A stretch of DNA of 64,000 nt, taken from contig CAXUEP010000001.1 in assembly GCA_964250295.1 (NCBI GenBank), positions 60,989 through 124,988 on the forward strand. Reading direction: 5' to 3'. Of the stretch, positions 60,530 through 64,000 are shown piece by piece. How positions within the stretch are numbered: the first letter of the stretch is position 1; each line of letters opens with the position of its first letter. Both the position numbers and the translations under genes were made by a program. This DNA is from an uncultured Mycoplasmatales bacterium (GTDB taxonomy: Bacteria; Bacillota_I; Bacilli_A; Mycoplasmatales; CGIF01). Under the pieces are notes generated by a model. The model did no database searches. It was given only the letters and a program-made list of their open reading frames with translations, and was not told the origin of the DNA.

Positions 60530-61930
60530 CTAAAAAAATAAATGTTGTAAGTCCGTTTGTTCCTTCTCTAAGTGCAGATCTACAACTTGCTGTTCAATTC
60601 ACAACTCTTCCTGTTGGAATTCTGCAGTAATTTGTTGGAAAACTACTTCAAACCTTTTTTCACAGCCCGAACAAATTGTTTTTCTTAGATCATCATCTTG
60701 TAAACAAAGTGATTTTCAGCCTGCGAAAAAAACTCCACTTCTCTTATTTGCATTTATAACCTTACTCTCACTAGCGCTACTTTTGCCCTTATTCCTTCTA
60801 ATCTTAGGGTTAAGTCATTTTTCTATTGACTTCTTTCCTGCTTGCTGTCTCTCTGCCAAGACAGTTTCCGCGCTAACCATTACCAAATCACAAAGAAAGC
60901 AAAAGCTTTTTGTCACTGCGAATCAGCTGTCAGGCTGCGAAATTTCCTCCATGAAAGTGCGCATACTATACTCCCCTTGGCCATTTGCAGTGTTCCCAGC
61001 ACTGTTCTCTTCTAACATTTTCATTTCAGCATGTATTCTCACTTCCCGCCTTGCTATTTGGAAAGGGTCTTCTTGAAGAGAACCACTTTCACTTGCCGCC
61101 ATGGCGGTAGCGCGTCGTTCAAAAATAGTCTCAATTCTTTTTCACCACGGTGTCGCTTCTTGTTTTTGTTCCAAAATCACCAGTAAATCTGTTACACTAA
61201 GCAGTGGTCTGTATAACCGATGGGGTAGGTTACTAGTTGTTCTAGCCCTCACCCGCATAAGGGCTCCTACCAACTCCCGTCGTAATTCCATGATACTCCT
61301 AATTACCTCTTCACTCAACACCCCTGTTGACAGGCGCTGAGTAATTTCTTCCCTAAAGGCTTTTCAATGTTCAAGTTCCTTCCCTTTCAAATTAGTGCGG
61401 TACACTATATCAATATTATTTTTTGCACAAAACTCAGCATCTTTTTAGAAGGCTCTTTGTAAAAGTTTCTGGGTTGAGTCCTTTGCTTGACTATGGTTAT
61501 TTACCAGGTTAGTAAAAATTTCCACTGTTTCCATTATTTCTCTAATTTGTCCGCTAGAGTTAGAACTCCAGAAAATCTTTTTCTCTTCAACTTTAATACA
61601 GGCGCAAGGATCATTTTCTAATGGAAGAAAAACTCTAGCCAGGCAAGCTAATAAAGAGCGGTTCGAGAAGGACTGGTCAGCAACCTGGGATTTAGATTGC
61701 GACTCCCGGTTAACTAAATCACTTGGTTTTATTATTCAAAAAAAACTTTTTCCAGACAGAGATTTTTCATCCACCCCTAAATCCCGAAGTTTTTTGGTGA
61801 TCTGTTTTCGAAAACTAGTTATCTTATCTTGTGATAAGACTTCTGAACCTCTTGCATCTCTCATTTTATCGTATAACTCCTGCTCTTTCTGTAAAGAAAT
61901 TAAATTTATTAAATTTATATATTTTAACAC
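60530..61930 (-). pseudogene. OTT_1508-like nucleic acid deaminase with one premature stop
   Basis: Code-4 frame of 467 codons: LACLAR..CACI..WSSN, RIHAEMKML, FAVTKSFCFLC, SGVFFAGW; in-frame TAA at 61445-61447. Confidence 0.7.
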
Positions 61931-61966
61931 TCATTACCTTTTTCAGCAAGTGCATTTGCCAGCTAG

Positions 61967-62893
61967 GTGATGATAAAATATCTATCTAAAAACATTTTTA
62001 GAAAGGAAGATTTAGAGTTAATGAAAAGACTTATTAGAAAGATTCTTAACAGCAAAAAAGAGGAGCAACAAAGGAGTAGGAAAATAGAGAGTAGTTTACG
62101 TCATTTTCAAAAATACTCAAAAAAGAAGAATGAACTGAATGAATTAGGGGTTGAGTTTGAGGCGCTTCACCAGGAGTACCAAGTAGCTCTACTATCCTCC
62201 CTAAGTGATGAGAAGGAGAAAAAAATTAAGGAAATTGCTACTCTGGATAATAGCAATTTTTTACAAGAACTTTTTACAGAACCACGCTTTAAAATCACAA
62301 AGGTAGATGATACGGCCAATGTTCAGGAACAGGAGGAAAATAGAAAAAAACGGGCTGAATGTCTCTATGAACTCTTTATGTTATTTATCCAACCCCGTTT
62401 TGCAAAAGAAGAATATAGTCTACAAGTTCTCAACTGACTAATGGAAGAGAAAGTGCAGAAGACTATTGAAGAAAAGGAACTCCTCTCAGTAGTTCACTTG
62501 CTAGTACTAAAAAACAACCCAGCAGGAACCAAGTCAGCTTTTGCCTGGTGTAGAAAAAATTACGAAGAAGCAAAAATGGTAGCAACTATCTTTGAAAGTC
62601 GTAATTGACTAGGACATGATCTTTTTGACTACCTGACCGAAGGAATTGTTGATGTTATCGAATCATCCAACTACCCACGGGCAGCAGTCATCCAGATAGT
62701 ACTTGAGGAATTTGGCAAAACGATTGCTAATGAAGAGGAAAGAGGTAAACAAATAAGAGAAAAAAAAGAAGCCATTAAAGAGGCTTTGTTGAAACAAACT
62801 GATCTTACTTATGAGTTAGAAGAAGAACTAACAGAAGTGCCAGTAAGCTTCTAGCTACCTAACCAGAAGAGACTACCAAAGGAGTGTTTGTAA
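61967..62893 (+). CDS. Hypothetical helical protein
   Basis: Code-4 ORF of 308 aa through two TGA. Confidence 0.6.
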
Positions 62894-62955
62894 CTAACCT
62901 TCTAGTAGTTCCGGTTGGAAGAGTAAAGAAGCTCCTTTACTCCTGTCAATATTCA

Positions 62956-63587
62956 CTAGTGGTTTAACAAGTTTAGCTTGGCGAGTTCGGCTAAGCCAGA
63001 GTCTTTAATATAGAGGGCCGTCGTGGAAAGCTTGCGGTGGCCTAGTAAAGCTTGCAGGTTAGGTAAGTTGATACCGTTCAGTGCATTATGGGTTGCAAAA
63101 CAACGGCGGAGGGTGTGGGGAGCTAGTTCTAACTTTGCCGGTCATTGCAGTTGATGCTTTAAGTTCCTTAGAAAGTTAAAAAAACTGTTCCGCCGTGTTT
63201 TGTTTTGCTGCCACCTCGCACGCTGCAAATAATTAATTGTTACTTGGTCAACTGGTACTCAACGATCCTGTTGGCCCTTCCCACGGATTAAATAAAACTG
63301 GGAAAATTGCTCCTCAGAATGTTGTAAGCGGGGATCAAAGGTAATTGCCTCGCTAACCCGCAAGCCAGAGCGTCAACAGAGCAGGAACAAACATTTACGG
63401 AGTTGGAGGTTAGTCTCCGCTTTTTTATTTTTCCGTGCTTCAAGAAATTTCCGAGCAGCAGTAATTTGCTGTGGTTATGGAAGAACTTATCCGGAAGGTT
63501 ACTAGGCTTGTCCAAGTTGTACTGCTGCAAAAGAGGGTGGTGCTTTTGCTTTCCTAGTAAAGTAACTGCTTAGTTTTCTTGCATCAT
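62956..63587 (-). pseudogene. Short XerD-like tyrosine recombinase, disrupted
   Basis: SGLRVSEA, IRGKG, PHTLRRCFAT, LLGH..STTALY intact; TAA at 63570-63572 and frame break/TAA near 63475. Confidence 0.8.
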
Positions 63588-64000
63588 AATTAGTAATTGT
63601 ATTTAGGTTAGCAGTTGTGCAAATGCCAGGAAGCTACAGTGAATTAACGGAACAACTTACGTGCGTTGAGGGTATCCTTTGTGATATTAACCTTGCGGAG
63701 AAAACATCCCTAGGGAGTAAGCTTTTTCCCTCCTAGCTTTCTTGACTACAGTAAAAGGAAAAATGTTTCCTACTAATAAACTTCATTACTAGCAACTAGC
63801 TGGCAGCGGAGATTCACCCGGAGGAAGGTAAGTAGAGACTCCTCTAGAGGGGGTTGCCTGTCGGAAGGAACATGTAGGCAGGGTTAGGTAACTGAAAGCT
63901 AATTATTAACCAGAAAAAGCACTGGGAAGAGCTGGCTAACAGCTGTTGTGATAAAGGGGGGGGCTGGTAATGATTAAGTAATGTATCAGAAGCCTTAATT

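Larger units (their letters stand above)
59520..64000. mobile_element. Decaying integrated plasmid/phage-like island (boundaries approximate)
   Basis: Rep-type helicase remnant, deaminase cargo, recombinase pseudogene; no core genes; no att repeat found. Confidence 0.5.

Noticed and set aside
60530-61440. TnpB/transposase reading of the CxxC-containing minus frame
   Set aside because: No RuvC or DDE motifs; HAE plus KxxCxxC fits a deaminase

Overview
AT-rich, gene-dense chromosome segment from a reduced Mollicutes-type bacterium that reads UGA as Trp (genetic code 4). Many ORFs in the supplied track are fragments of single genes split at in-frame TGA codons, so the coordinates below were re-joined by hand. 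The gene set (ERF, short Xer-like recombinase, scrambled core operons) suggests a fungal Mollicutes-related endobacterium such as Ca. Moeniiplasma; this is inference only. Most of the window is housekeeping: ribosomal proteins, grpE-dnaK-dnaJ, tsf, pcrA, gltX, tilS, rnc, obgE, dnaE, secA, polC, prfA, infB, nusA, pheS/T, serS, ileS, sufS/U, recA and 7 tRNAs. Five things stand out. (1) PolC lacks its N-terminal/OB region and carries an in-frame, HPD-less J-domain-like insertion. (2) Two paralogous serine recombinases flank a 0.83 kb dyad-rich non-coding spacer where gene polarity flips from + to -. (3) A phage-type recombination set (PD-(D/E)XK nuclease, RuvC-like resolvase, ERF) is embedded among core genes. 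(4) There is a MazEF-like toxin-antitoxin pair. (5) A decaying element after 59.5 kb holds an SF3/Rep helicase remnant, an OTT_1508-like deaminase with one premature stop, a tyrosine recombinase pseudogene and a structured GTGCG-initiated non-coding segment.
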